Below, in pieces: positions 1 to 10,624 of a stretch of DNA of 64,000 bases. Within the stretch, counting starts at the first letter, position 1, and every line of letters begins with the position of its first letter. The DNA comes from an uncultured delta proteobacterium (GTDB lineage: Bacteria; Desulfobacterota; Syntrophia; Syntrophales; UBA2192). The notes beneath the pieces are model-generated. The model made no database searches. It worked only from the letters and a program-made list of their open reading frames with translations, and was not told where the DNA came from. The stretch is taken from assembly GCA_963705165.1 (NCBI GenBank), contig CAVPJD010000033.1:1-64000 (forward strand), given 5' to 3'. The position numbers were made by a program, and so were the translations under genes.

Positions 1-1383
1 CAATAAAGACACAGCTCCTTCTCCGGCAGCCCGATGGCGTCGATCACCTCATCGATCGTCAGATACTTGAGCGACGTCACGTTCAGGTCATTCCGGATCC
101 ATTCGACCATTTCCCGGTAGGGCTTCGACTTCGGGTTGAGATAGGCAGCCAGGCTCTCCGGGTCCTTGCCGAGCATGGTCCGGATGGCTCTCCTGGCCGC
201 AAGCTCACCCCTCGTTCGGGTCGATGCGCCATAAATACAGGGATACATCAGGGGCGGGCAGGCGACGCGCAGGTGGATCTCCTTTGCCCCGTTGTCCCAT
301 AGCTTCTTGATCGGTGAAATTCTTGAGCTGTGTGCCGCGGACGATGGAGTCGTCGCAGACGACCATGCGGTTTCCGCGGATCACTTCGCGCACCGCGATG
401 ATCTTCATCGTGGCCACGAGATCGCGGATCTCCTGGGAGGGCGGCGTGTAGCTTCGCCCGTAACCGGGCGTGTACTTCACGAGCGGCCGCTTGTAGGGGA
501 TTCCCGATTCCTGGGCATACCCGATGGCATGGCCGATCCCCGAGTCGGGGATTCCCGTAACGAAGTCCGCCTTGAGCCTGTCCTTGCGTGCCAGCGCCCG
601 CCCGCAGCGCTCGCGCGCGATCTCGACCGACTTGCCCTCGTAGGACGAGGAAGGCTCCCCCGTGTAGATCCAGAGGAAGGCACAGACCTTCTTTTCGGGC
701 ATGGCCGGCCGCAGCTGGCGGATGCCGGAGCGGCTGAGCCTCACGATCTCTCCCGGCCCAAGGTACTTGATCACGTCGTAACCCAGGTTCTGCAGGGAAC
801 TGGCCTCGGTGGCGACGACGTATTCCCCCTTTTTCTCCCTGCCCCCGATCACGAGAGGAAAGCGCCCGTAGAGATCCCGGGCCGCGTAGATCCCGTCGTC
901 CTTCATGATGAGAAGGCACAGGGACCCCTCGATCAGCTTCTGCATATTCACGATGCCGTCGATCAGGGTCTCGCCGCGGTTGATGAGCCGTGCCACAAGC
1001 TCGACGGGACTCACGCCGCCTCCGGCCATCTCGCTGAACGAGACTCCCTGTCTCAGGAGCACCTCGGCAAGGGAGTCCTTGTTGGTGATGAGACCGCTTG
1101 CCGCAATGGCGTACGTTCCGAACTTGGAGCGGACGATCAGGGGCTGGGGCGCCACGTTGTTGATGGAGCCGATCCCCATGGTCCCGTTCATTTCCTTGTA
1201 GTCGTTGACGAACTTCGACTTGAACTGGGCCTGGCTGATGCTGTGGATGGTCTGATAGAAGCCTTTCTCTCCGAAAATGGCCATTCCGCCGTTTTCGGTC
1301 CCCAGGTGGGAGTGATAGTCTGTCCCATAGAACAAGACCTTCGAGCAGTTCTGGTTTGATGCGACACCAAAAAGTCCCCCCAT
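1..1383 (-). CDS. purF: Amidophosphoribosyltransferase-like protein (N-terminal Cys absent); 1-bp frameshift near 312; runs off window edge
   Basis: Ntn-fold N-terminus MGGLFG, PRPP motif VCDDSIVRGT; shifted frame continues IKKLWDNGAKEIHLRVACPP...LCLY to position 1. Confidence 0.88.
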
Positions 1384-1431
1384 ATCCCCTACCTTCCTCG
1401 TCGTGGTTGATGAACCGCGGAGACCCGCGTT

Positions 1432-2625
1432 CTAATCGAGTTTTGCGACAGCCCCGGCAATCCGCTTCACACCCTCGACGATGAGCTCCATCGAGGTGGC
1501 ATAGGAAAGCCGGATATAGTCGTCGTTTCCGAAGGCCCCGCCGGGCACGACGGCCACATTGGCCGCCTCCAGGAGAAACTCGCTGAAATCATTCGAGGTA
1601 GCGATCGGCTTGCCCTGGTACTTCCTGCCGTAGAGGGCGCTAACCCGCGGGAAGACGTAAAAGGCTCCGGGCGGCATTGCACAGGTGATCCCCGGGATAT
1701 CGTTGAGCGCCCCGACGATGACATCCCTTCGCTTTTTGAACTCCGCCACCATCTTCGGGATGAAGGACTGGTCCCCCAGGAGCGCCTCGATCGAGGCTTT
1801 CTGGACAATAGAGGTGGGGTTCGACGTGCTCTGGCTCTGGATTTCCGTCATGGCCGCAATCACGTTATCGGGCCCCGCCGCGTATCCCATCCGCCATCCC
1901 GTCATGGCATGCGACTTCGACAGACCGTTGACGACGATCGTCTTCTCCTTCATCTCCTCGCTGACATTGGCCATGTTGGAGAACCGGAAATCGTCGTAGA
2001 CCACCTTCTCGTAGATGTCGTCGCTGATGACAAGGATCTCCGTCCCCTTCAACACTTCGGCCAGGGCCTTCAGTTCGTCAAAGGAGTAGGCCGCACCCGT
2101 CGGGTTCGAGGGGCTGTTGATAATGATGGCCTTTGTCCTTGCCGTGATGGCTTTCTTGAGCTTTGCCGGCGTGAGCTTGAATCCCTCCGGCTCGCCGCCA
2201 TCGACGAACACCGGGGTGGCATCGGCCAGCAGCACGATGTCCGGGTAGGAGACCCAGTATGGCGCCGGGATGATCACCTCGTCGCCCTGCCCGAAGAGGA
2301 CCTGGGCCATATTGAAAAGGGCGTGCTTGGCCCCGGTGGAGACAACGATCTGGGAGCGTTTGTAGACAAGACCGTTGTCCTTGCGAAGCTTTTCGATGAC
2401 GGCGTCCTTCAGTTCATCGATGCCGCCCACGGGGGTGTACTTGGTGAAGCCTTCCTGGATGGCGCGGATCGCCGCCGCCTTGATATTGTCGGGCGTGTCG
2501 AAGTCAGGCTCCCCGGCCCCGAAGCCGATGATGTCCCTTCCCTCCTTTTGCAGGGCCTTGGCCTTCATCGTGACGGCAAGCGTCGGTGACGGCCTGAGAA
2601 CTTTCGTCAGAGGTCCCAGCTTCAT
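1432..2625 (-). CDS. aspC: Class I PLP-dependent (aspartate) aminotransferase
   Basis: GEPDFDTP, NSPSNPTG, SDDIY, SKSHAMTGWRMG motifs; ATG at 2625 just after coaD. Confidence 0.88.
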   Translation of the reverse strand: MKLGPLTKVLRPSPTLAVTMKAKALQKEGRDIIGFGAGEPDFDTPDNIKAAAIRAIQEGFTKYTPVGGIDELKDAVIEKLRKDNGLVYKRSQIVVSTGAKHALFNMAQVLFGQGDEVIIPAPYWVSYPDIVLLADATPVFVDGGEPEGFKLTPAKLKKAITARTKAIIINSPSNPTGAAYSFDELKALAEVLKGTEILVISDDIYEKVVYDDFRFSNMANVSEEMKEKTIVVNGLSKSHAMTGWRMGYAAGPDNVIAAMTEIQSQSTSNPTSIVQKASIEALLGDQSFIPKMVAEFKKRRDVIVGALNDIPGITCAMPPGAFYVFPRVSALYGRKYQGKPIATSNDFSEFLLEAANVAVVPGGAFGNDDYIRLSYATSMELIVEGVKRIAGAVAKLD

Positions 2626-2630
2626 ATCCT

Positions 2631-3128
2631 TCACCCTTTCTTGTAACTGTCGGCGTATTTCTCCTGAAGTCGCTGGAGAACGATTTCGGGGACGAGACCC
2701 CGGACGGACCCGCCGTGGCTGGCGGCCTCCTTGATCAGGTTGGAGCTTGTGTAGAACCACTTGTACCCTGTCATGAGGAAGACCGTCTCGATGTCCCGGT
2801 TGAGGCGCCGGTTGATGAGGGCCATCTGGAACTCGTACTCGAAGTCCGAAAGGGCCCGCAGCCCGCGGAGGATGACGGTGGCTCCCGAGTCGCGGACGTA
2901 GTTCACCAGCAGCCCCGAAAAGCTGTCCACCCGGATCCGGGGGTCGTCGCCGATGACCTGCCGGATCAGCTCCATGCGCTCCTCCACGGAGAAGAGCCCC
3001 GACTTGTTGGGGTTGTACGCAATGAGAATGATGAGTTTGTCGAAGAACCGAAGTCCTCGCTTAATGATATCGAGATGCCCGTTTGTGATCGGGTCAAATG
3101 AACCGGGATAGACCGCCAACCTCTCCAT
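2631..3128 (-). CDS. coaD: Phosphopantetheine adenylyltransferase
   Basis: YPGSFDPITNGH, RGLR..SDFEYE motifs. Confidence 0.97.
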   Translation of the reverse strand: MERLAVYPGSFDPITNGHLDIIKRGLRFFDKLIILIAYNPNKSGLFSVEERMELIRQVIGDDPRIRVDSFSGLLVNYVRDSGATVILRGLRALSDFEYEFQMALINRRLNRDIETVFLMTGYKWFYTSSNLIKEAASHGGSVRGLVPEIVLQRLQEKYADSYKKG

Positions 3129-3181
3129 GCTCCCCTCCCCATGCGAGATCTCGGATAACCACGTCTGCTCCAGGGCGTCCG

Positions 3182-3820
3182 CTATCCGTCAGGCCATGCT
3201 GAACGGTCATCAGACCGTTTGTGTTCGTTTGCATCAGGCTGTTGCAGCCTGAGAAAGCTCAACGCCGTCTCCCCGTACCGACGGCTGTCTTCGATTTGAT
3301 ACCCCTCACGCCTCGCCGGGATCTCTTCCCGGGCGGAGTGCTGGACGACGAGAACCCCGTCCTGCGACATCAGCGCCTGAGCCCGGATGAGCCGCAGCGT
3401 CTCGCCGATCAGGTTTCGCTCGTAGGGCGGGTCGGCAAAGATGACGTCGAACCGCTCCCGCCTGTGGCCCAGGAGCTTGAGGGCGCGATCGACGGGAACC
3501 TCGAGCACTTCGATCTCCTGCCTGGAATCCCCTTCGATCCCATCGGGGGGGATGTTGACAAACCCGCAGCGTCCGATATTCGTCCGGATGGCCTCGGCGC
3601 AGCCCCGATGGCTCTCCACGAGTATCACCCGGGAGGCACCGCGGCTCACGGCTTCGAGCCCCACGCTGCCCGCCCCCGCAAAAAGATCCAAAAACCGTTT
3701 TCCGGCCAAGGCAAGGATGTTGAAAAGGGATTCCTTGACACGGTCCGTCGTCGGTCTGAGGATCTTGACCTTCGGCGCGATCAGCGTCCTCCCCTTCGCC
3801 TTCCCCGCAATGATTCGCAT
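3182..3820 (-). CDS. rsmD: 16S rRNA m2G966 methyltransferase
   Basis: MRIIAG, RPTTDRVKESLFN, LDLFAGAG, DPPY; upstream of coaD. Confidence 0.93.
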   Translation of the reverse strand: MRIIAGKAKGRTLIAPKVKILRPTTDRVKESLFNILALAGKRFLDLFAGAGSVGLEAVSRGASRVILVESHRGCAEAIRTNIGRCGFVNIPPDGIEGDSRQEIEVLEVPVDRALKLLGHRRERFDVIFADPPYERNLIGETLRLIRAQALMSQDGVLVVQHSAREEIPARREGYQIEDSRRYGETALSFLRLQQPDANEHKRSDDRSAWPDG

Positions 3821-3828
3821 GATAAAAC

Positions 3829-3917
3829 CAGGCATCAGGCATCAGGCATTGGGCATCAGGGTTGAAAAAGAATTCCGTTCCTTTTCCTAACGCCTGGTGC
3901 CTGTCGCCCAGTGCCTG
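3829..3917. repeat. Inverted pair of 7-bp degenerate tandem arrays
   Basis: CAGGCAT x3, TGGGCAT, CAGGG (3829-3861), spacer, then CCTAACG CCTGGTG CCTGTCG CCCAGTG CCTG (3886-3917). Confidence 0.85.
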
Positions 3918-4937
3918 TTACTTCAAATAGTCCCTCACGTAGATCTCGGCGATCTGGACCGCATTCAGGGCTGCACCTTTGCGCAGATTGTCCGAAACGA
4001 CCCACAGGTTGATCCCGTTGGCGATCGACTCGTCCTCCCGGATCCTGCCCACGTAGGTGGCATCCTGACCGGCGGCGTTGATGGCCAGGGGGTACTCTTT
4101 CTTCGATGGTTCGTCGATGACGATGACGCCGGGAGCTTTCTTCAGCAACGCCTTCACCTCGTCCGCCGTGATCTTCTTCTCCGTCTCGATGTTCACCGAC
4201 TCGGAGTGGCAGCGAAGCACGGGCACACGTACCGTCGTCGCCGTAACACCGATGGACTCGTCGCCAAATATTTTCTTGGTCTCCCAGACCATCTTCATCT
4301 CTTCCTTCGTGTAACCGTTCTCGAGAAAGATATCGATCTGGGGGAGACAGTTGAAGGCGATCTGGTACGGGTAGACCTTGGCCACGGGCTCCTTGAAGCT
4401 CAGCAGGGCCCGCGTCTGGTCGATGAGCTCTTCCATGGCCATCTTGCCCGTCCCGGAGACGGACTGGTAGGTTGAGACGACGATGCGCTTGATGCGGGCT
4501 GCGTCATGGATGGGTTTCAATGCGACGACCATCTGGATCGTGGAGCAGTTCGGGTTCGCGATGATCCCGCGGTTCTTGTAATCGGCGATCTTCTCCGGGT
4601 TCACCTCGGGCACGACGAGCGGGATGTCCGGCTCGTAGCGGAAGGCTGCCGTGTTGTCGATGACCACGCATCCCGCCTTCGCGGCGAAGGGGGCGAACTT
4701 CTGGCTGATGCTCCCCCCGGCGGAGAAAAGCCCGATCTCGATGCCCCCGAAGGAGTCCTCCTTGAGCACCTGGACGGGATAGGACTTGCCCTTGAACTCG
4801 AGTTCCTTCCCCAGGGAACGCTCCGAGGCGAGCAAGGTCAGTTCGCCGACCGGAAAATTGCGCTCCTCCAGGATGCTGATCATTTCGTTTCCGACGGCGC
4901 CGGTGGCGCCGACGACGGCAACACGGTATTTTCTCAT
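3918..4937 (-). CDS. asd: Aspartate-semialdehyde dehydrogenase
   Basis: VGATGAVG, ANPNCSTIQ, DNLRKGAALNAVQIAE. Confidence 0.97.
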   Translation of the reverse strand: MRKYRVAVVGATGAVGNEMISILEERNFPVGELTLLASERSLGKELEFKGKSYPVQVLKEDSFGGIEIGLFSAGGSISQKFAPFAAKAGCVVIDNTAAFRYEPDIPLVVPEVNPEKIADYKNRGIIANPNCSTIQMVVALKPIHDAARIKRIVVSTYQSVSGTGKMAMEELIDQTRALLSFKEPVAKVYPYQIAFNCLPQIDIFLENGYTKEEMKMVWETKKIFGDESIGVTATTVRVPVLRCHSESVNIETEKKITADEVKALLKKAPGVIVIDEPSKKEYPLAINAAGQDATYVGRIREDESIANGINLWVVSDNLRKGAALNAVQIAEIYVRDYLK

Positions 4938-5013
4938 GAAAGAAGGCTCCTTATTAAACGACTCGCACTCAGATACAACAGGGCGTTTCCTCCTGGACCG
5001 GGCTTGCGAGCGA

Positions 5014-5856
5014 TCACGGGGTTGCCCCGGGTTTCGTTTCTGTTTTCAACTCCCCGCCGCTTGTCGGCTGCTGCTTTTTTTCCGAGCCGAAGAAGTGCCT
5101 GGCGAGTTTCAGAATCCCCCAGATGGGACCGGAGATGGCGTAGCTCACGGCGAAGGTGAAGATCATGACCTGCGGCTCCGCCAGAACGATGATCAGCAAA
5201 ATGACGGCCAGCACAACGGTCATGAAGGGTTCCCGCTTCAGGAAGTGCAAGTCCTTGAAGCTGTAAAACTTGATGCTGCTCACCATGAGAAGGGAGAGCG
5301 CCATCATCCCGACCAGGATCGACAGGTGCGGGAACGTCCCTTCGTAGCCAAGGTAGAAATAGAGAAGCACCGTCGAAGACACCACGATGGCCGCCGCCGG
5401 GATGGCCAGTCCGTTGAAATACCGGCTGTCGATCACACCGACCTGCACGTTGAACCGGGCGAGCCGCAGGGCCCCGCAGGTCACATACATGGCCGCGGCA
5501 AGCCACCCCCATTTCCCGAAAGCGGCGAGCGACCAGCTATAGGCCAGGATGGCCGGCGCCACGCCGAAGGCCACGAGGTCCGACAGCGAGTCGTACTCCA
5601 CGCCGAATTTGGATGTGGTGTGGGTCATGCGGGCGATCCGCCCGTCAAGCCCGTCGAGGATCAGGGAGATCGGGATCGCGATGGATGCGTGAATGAAGTT
5701 GCCCTGGATGGAGGCGATGATCGCGTATATCCCTGCGAAGAGGCTTGCCGTCGTGAAAAGATTCGGCAGGATGTAGATCCCCTTCTTCATCTGGTCCTTG
5801 CGAAAAAACTTCTCCCTCCGGCCAAACCGCTCTCTTCTGGATTCTTTGCTCATCAC
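5014..5856 (-). CDS. pssA: CDP-diacylglycerol--serine O-phosphatidyltransferase
   Basis: DGLDGRIAR...G..YDSLSD CDP-alcohol motif, LRLARFN; follows psd. Confidence 0.93.
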   Translation of the reverse strand: MMSKESRRERFGRREKFFRKDQMKKGIYILPNLFTTASLFAGIYAIIASIQGNFIHASIAIPISLILDGLDGRIARMTHTTSKFGVEYDSLSDLVAFGVAPAILAYSWSLAAFGKWGWLAAAMYVTCGALRLARFNVQVGVIDSRYFNGLAIPAAAIVVSSTVLLYFYLGYEGTFPHLSILVGMMALSLLMVSSIKFYSFKDLHFLKREPFMTVVLAVILLIIVLAEPQVMIFTFAVSYAISGPIWGILKLARHFFGSEKKQQPTSGGELKTETKPGATP

Positions 5857-6494
5857 AAGAACCCTATGGGTGTTTCTCCGGCGCGCACTTTCTGGCCCGC
5901 CTGGACCAGAATCCTCGATTCCAGCGGCAGGACCACTTCGAGACGCGAGCCGAAGCAGATCAGCCCGAACCGCTGACCCCTGGCGACCTCCATGCCCTCA
6001 CCGACCCAGCAGACAATCCGGCGTGCAATGAGCCCCGCGATCTGGATGGTCAGGAACGCTTTCCCCTCTTCCGTCCGGATCAGCACGCTGTTCTTCTCGT
6101 TGTCCGCCGAGGCCTTGTCCAGATCGGCCGAGAGGAACTTGCCGCTGTGATACTCGATCTTCTCCACGCGCCCGGCGTAAGGGGCACGATTCACATGGAC
6201 GTTGAAGACATTCATGAAGATGCTGACCTTCCTGAACCTTCCCTTCAGCAGGCCGTCGAGTTGAACCTCTTCCACTTTCAGGATCCTGCCGTCTGCCGGC
6301 GAGACCAAAACCCCCTTTTCCTCGGGGATCGACCTTTCGGGATTGCGGAAAAAGAAAATGACGAACAGCATGATGGCAAACGCCACGAGCGCCACGGCCT
6401 TGAAACCCATCCACGAAAGGGCAACCGTCAGAATGCCCAGTCCGACGATGAAGGGGGCCCCTTCACGCACGATGTACCCGTTGTGTTGCTCCAT
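5853..6494 (-). CDS. psd: Phosphatidylserine decarboxylase proenzyme
   Basis: FFRNPER, SPADG, NVHVNRAP, FGSR autocleavage site. Confidence 0.93.
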   Translation of the reverse strand: MEQHNGYIVREGAPFIVGLGILTVALSWMGFKAVALVAFAIMLFVIFFFRNPERSIPEEKGVLVSPADGRILKVEEVQLDGLLKGRFRKVSIFMNVFNVHVNRAPYAGRVEKIEYHSGKFLSADLDKASADNEKNSVLIRTEEGKAFLTIQIAGLIARRIVCWVGEGMEVARGQRFGLICFGSRLEVVLPLESRILVQAGQKVRAGETPIGFL

Positions 6495-6522
6495 GCTCTC
6501 TACAACGACCCCCCGCCGATGC

Positions 6523-6751
6523 TCAGGCACTCTTTCTGTATTTTGCAAGAATTGCGTAAATGCGGTCCTTGCTCGCCAGCTTCAGCTTCTGCAGCTTCTT
6601 CTTCTCGATCTCTTCCTGGGGAGTAAGGTAAATGCGCTTGTTGAAATCCTCCAGGGCGGTCTCCAGTTTGCCGGTGGGCCTCCACGTGCTGTTTCAACTC
6701 GCCATCGAGCTGGATGTATCGTTCGATGAGCATTTCGTCGGTTCGCTCCAT
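6523..6751 (-). CDS. DUF465/YdcH-like small coiled-coil protein, frameshift near 6668
   Basis: MERTDEMLIE...EAHR joins shifted frame LETALEDFNKRIYLTPQEEIEKKKLQKLKLASKDRI...KSA*. Confidence 0.75.
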
Positions 6752-6852
6752 ACCCACCTCCTGGCTCTGCGGAAAGAGCTTTGCTTATATCATAAACGCC
6801 CGGCGCAATGTACAGAAATTTCCATGCCGGCAGGGCCTTGGGCCCCTTCCCC

Positions 6853-7545
6853 TCAGGGCTTTTCCGCGTGCCGGATCTCCGCCTCCGACCGGCGCAGATA
6901 GCGGGGGACGAAGGTCGCCACATCGAGCCGGTCGCCTTTGCCGTATCTCTTCATGCCGAGCAGGGCCGCACTGGATGCCCGCACCCACTGCCTGTTGGGC
7001 GGGGCGAACCGGGCACGCCCCTGAAACCTGTCCCGGATACGCTCTGCGTGTTCGATGAACCCATCCCCCAGAAAAAGGGGTTCCCCCTCGATCCGGTCGA
7101 GGAATTGCCCCGGCGTTGTGACCTCCTCCTCCAGCACCACGTCAAAAAGCCCTTCCCTGTTGGCACGATAGAGTGCCGCGTAGACTTCCCCTTTGCGGGC
7201 ATCGAGCATCGGACAGATGAGTGCCGGGCATTCGATGGCGTTGTAGGCAAGCGCCTCCAGCGTGGAGACGCCGACGACGGGCTTTCCCGTCGTGAGCGCA
7301 AGCCCCTTCACGGTGCTTGCGCCGATCCGCAGACCCGTGAAGGATCCGGGTCCGACAGTCAATGCAAAGAGATCCACGCCCTCGATGCCGATCCCCGCCA
7401 GCGCAAGCCCCTGGTGGACGGCCGACAGGACCGTTTCGGAGTGGTTTACGGAGACGTTGAAGAAGTACTCGACGAGGACCGTCTCATCGTGAAGCAGGGC
7501 AACCCCCGCCGTTCTCGTTGCTGTGTCGATGGCCAGTGTGATCAT
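6853..7545 (-). CDS. tsaB: tRNA threonylcarbamoyladenosine biosynthesis protein
   Basis: LAIDTAT, GPGSFTGLRIG, DARKGEVY, PRYLRRSEAE. Confidence 0.96.
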   Translation of the reverse strand: MITLAIDTATRTAGVALLHDETVLVEYFFNVSVNHSETVLSAVHQGLALAGIGIEGVDLFALTVGPGSFTGLRIGASTVKGLALTTGKPVVGVSTLEALAYNAIECPALICPMLDARKGEVYAALYRANREGLFDVVLEEEVTTPGQFLDRIEGEPLFLGDGFIEHAERIRDRFQGRARFAPPNRQWVRASSAALLGMKRYGKGDRLDVATFVPRYLRRSEAEIRHAEKP

Positions 7546-7572
7546 ATGGTTGCCGGCTCTCTCTTCACGCTG

Positions 7573-8643
7573 TCAGTCGCCTAAAATCCGCACGATATCG
7601 TTGTAAAACACAAAAATCATGAGCATGACGAGGATGAAGAAACCCGCCTGTTGGGCCCGCTCCCGCCACTTGATGTTGACTTCCTTGCCCGTGACGAGCT
7701 CGATCAGAAAGAACAGCAGGTGTCCGCCGTCCAGCACGGGGATGGGGAAAAGATTCAGCACGCCGAGGTTGATGCTGAGCAGGGCCATGAAGAAGACGAA
7801 GTTCATGATGCCCTTCTTGACGTGGGCGCCTGCCATTTGCGCAATCAGGATAGGCCCGCCGAGAGAGTCCGGAGACACGACCCCCTGGGCCATTTTGACG
7901 AGGCTCATCACAGTGAGCTCCGTGATGTTCCAGGTCTGCACGATCCCTGACCAGGTCGCCAGGATGGGATTCTGACGGTCGATGAAGGTGTTCTTCGAGG
8001 CCCCCACGCCGATCTTCCAGCTGTCCACATCCTCCCCGAATATGCTCTTCGCCTTGACCGACTCGGGTTTCACGCGGACATCCTGCAGGTTCCCTTCCCG
8101 GCTCACTTTCAGCGTGACTTCCCGTCCGCCGCTCGTCGTGATGATTTCGGCCAGATCGCTCCAGCGGCCCACGCTCTTGCCGTCGATGGACAGGACGTTG
8201 TCCCCTGCCCGTATGCCCGCCACCTCCGCCGGGGAGTTCGGCTGGACACTGCCGATGTCCGTTGTGAGGCTTGGAACCCCCACCATGAAAATGACGGCAA
8301 AGGCAAGGATGGCGAAGAGGAAGTTGAACAACGGGCCCGCGACGACAATGGCGATCTTCTTCAGGACGTGCTGCTTCACAAAGGAGCGCTTCTCATCCTG
8401 CGGGAGCACGTCATCGGTATCGGACTCGCCGAGCAGCTTGACATATCCCCCGAGGGGCACCAGCGAGATCATGTAATCGGTCTCGCCGACTTTTTTTCCA
8501 AAAAGTCTGGGCCCGAACCCCAGTGAGAACTTGAGCACCCCCACCCCCATGGCTTTGGCAAGCAGGAAATGCCCCAGCTCGTGAACGAAGATCAGAATTC
8601 CCAGCAGAATGACTACCGAAACGATATTGACACCGACACCCAT
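7573..8643 (-). CDS. rseP: RIP metalloprotease
   Basis: HELGH, one PDZ domain, NLFPIPVLDGG. Confidence 0.96.
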   Translation of the reverse strand: MGVGVNIVSVVILLGILIFVHELGHFLLAKAMGVGVLKFSLGFGPRLFGKKVGETDYMISLVPLGGYVKLLGESDTDDVLPQDEKRSFVKQHVLKKIAIVVAGPLFNFLFAILAFAVIFMVGVPSLTTDIGSVQPNSPAEVAGIRAGDNVLSIDGKSVGRWSDLAEIITTSGGREVTLKVSREGNLQDVRVKPESVKAKSIFGEDVDSWKIGVGASKNTFIDRQNPILATWSGIVQTWNITELTVMSLVKMAQGVVSPDSLGGPILIAQMAGAHVKKGIMNFVFFMALLSINLGVLNLFPIPVLDGGHLLFFLIELVTGKEVNIKWRERAQQAGFFILVMLMIFVFYNDIVRILGD

Positions 8644-8650
8644 CCGAATC

Positions 8651-9815
8651 TCACCCTATTCCTTTTTTCAAGATTTCTTCCGACTGGCTCCGGGCCCACG
8701 CGTCGGCCTCGAGGACCATCTCCAGGGAGGACACGGCCCCCGGAACATGCCGTGTCATGACCTCTTCAATCACCCGGGCGATCGACTGGAAGGCGATTCT
8801 CTCCTCCAGAAAGGCATTTACGGCCACCTCGTTGGCCGCGTTCATCACGGCCGGCATGGTGCCTGCCGCCCTGCCCGCCTCGTATCCCAGCCTCAGGCAG
8901 GGAAACCGCTCGAGATCCGGCGCCTGAAATTCGAGCCGGCCCACCTTCGACAGGGAGAGGGGGGGAAACCCGCCCGGCGTCCTTTCGGGGTAAAACAGGG
9001 CATAGGATATGGGCCCTCTCATGTCCGGAAGTCCCAGCTGCGCCATCACGGAGCCGTCGATAAACTCCACCAGGGAGTGAATGATGCTCTGGGGGTGGAT
9101 CACCACATCGATCCGTTCGTAATCGACCCCGAAAAGCCAGCGGGCCTCGATCACCTCGAGCCCCTTGTTCATCATCGTCGCCGAATCGATGGTGATCTTC
9201 TTTCCCATCTTCCAGTTCGGGTGATTGAGCGCGTCGGATATTCTCACCTTTTCCAGTTCCGTCCGGGTGGCCCTCAGAAAGGGTCCTCCCGATGCGGTCA
9301 GGATGACCCGCTCGACACTCTTCGGGCTGTTTCCCTCGATGCACTGGAAGACGGCACTGTGCTCGCTGTCGACGGGAATGATGCGGACTGCCTTCATCCG
9401 GGCCCTCTCCATGACAAGGGCACCCGCCGTGACGAGGGTCTCCTTGTTGGCCAGGGCCACGTCCTTTCCCGCCTCGATGGCCGCAAGCGTGGGAACGAGT
9501 CCCGCCGCACCGACGATGGCGGACAGCACGAGATCTGCGGCGCTTGCCGTCGCGACGGACCGGTATCCTTCCTCGCCCCAGAGGATCTCCGTCCGGATCT
9601 GCGGAATCAAGCATGCCTTTCAGCCTGCGGGCGTGATCCTCGTCAAACACGGAGACGATCTGAGGCCGAAAGCGCTCCACCTGGCCTTTCAGGACGCCGA
9701 TATTCTTCCCCGCCGCCAGGGCAACGACTTCCAGCGCGCCGGGATTTTTCGACACCACGTCGAGGGCGTTTACCCCGATCGATCCAGTAGAGCCGAGAAT
9801 GGCGATCTTCTTCAC
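8651..9815 (-). CDS. dxr: 1-deoxy-D-xylulose-5-phosphate reductoisomerase, frameshift near 9600
   Basis: GTG start [13 protein letters not shown] in one frame; LANKE, PVDSEH, NKGLE in the next frame. Confidence 0.93.
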
Positions 9816-10624
9816 GCGAGTAGGTACGTCCTGTAATAGTAGACAAAGGGCACGATGAACAGCAGGCAATCCAGCCGGTCGAGGATCCCGCCGTGACCCG
9901 GCAGGATTTCGCCCGAATCTTTCGCCCCCGAGGCCCGCTTGATCAGGGATTCAAAGAGATCCCCCAGCTGCCCGATGATCCCTCCCGCGAGCCCCAGCAT
10001 GACGATGTGCCCCGCGGGGATCTCCGGCAGGAGGAAATACCGATAGACCAGACACCCGGCCACACTCCCCACGGCAAGCCCCAGGAGCCCCTCCACGGTC
10101 TTGCCCGGGCTGACGTGAGGCATGAGTTTGCGCTTCCCGAAGGTCCTGCCCACATAAAAGGCGGCAATGTCACCGGAGAAAGCCAGCACGATGACGAAGA
10201 AGATCCACAGGACCCCCTTGTCGCCGCTTCGCAGGAGGATGAGATGCGAAAGCATCACCGGCAGGTACAGATAGCCCAGGACGTAGCGGCCAAGCGGGTT
10301 GAGATCGAGTGCCCCCTCCTTCGTGCTGAAAAGGTACAGAATAAACACCGTGAGGGACGACAGGACGGCAACGGCAAGGATCGCGCCCTGACCGGACAGG
10401 GCGGCTGCCAGGGGCGCCAGGACGCCGAAAAAAAGCAGCGCCCGCTGCAGCATGATGCCTTCCGCGCCGAATGCGAGACGGTTGTACTCCAGGACGGCGA
10501 CGACGGTCACCACGAGGACGAAGCCTGCAAAGACGGCCTCCGGGCTGAAATAGATGATCGAGAAGAGGATGGGCACGGCGATGATCCCCGTGATCCACCT
10601 CTTGGCGTGGGAACTTTTCATCAT
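9812..10624 (-). CDS. cdsA: Phosphatidate cytidylyltransferase
   Basis: SPGKTVEG, GDLFESLIKR..GAKDSG..LPGHGGILDRLD. Confidence 0.95.
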   Translation of the reverse strand: MMKSSHAKRWITGIIAVPILFSIIYFSPEAVFAGFVLVVTVVAVLEYNRLAFGAEGIMLQRALLFFGVLAPLAAALSGQGAILAVAVLSSLTVFILYLFSTKEGALDLNPLGRYVLGYLYLPVMLSHLILLRSGDKGVLWIFFVIVLAFSGDIAAFYVGRTFGKRKLMPHVSPGKTVEGLLGLAVGSVAGCLVYRYFLLPEIPAGHIVMLGLAGGIIGQLGDLFESLIKRASGAKDSGEILPGHGGILDRLDCLLFIVPFVYYYRTYLLA

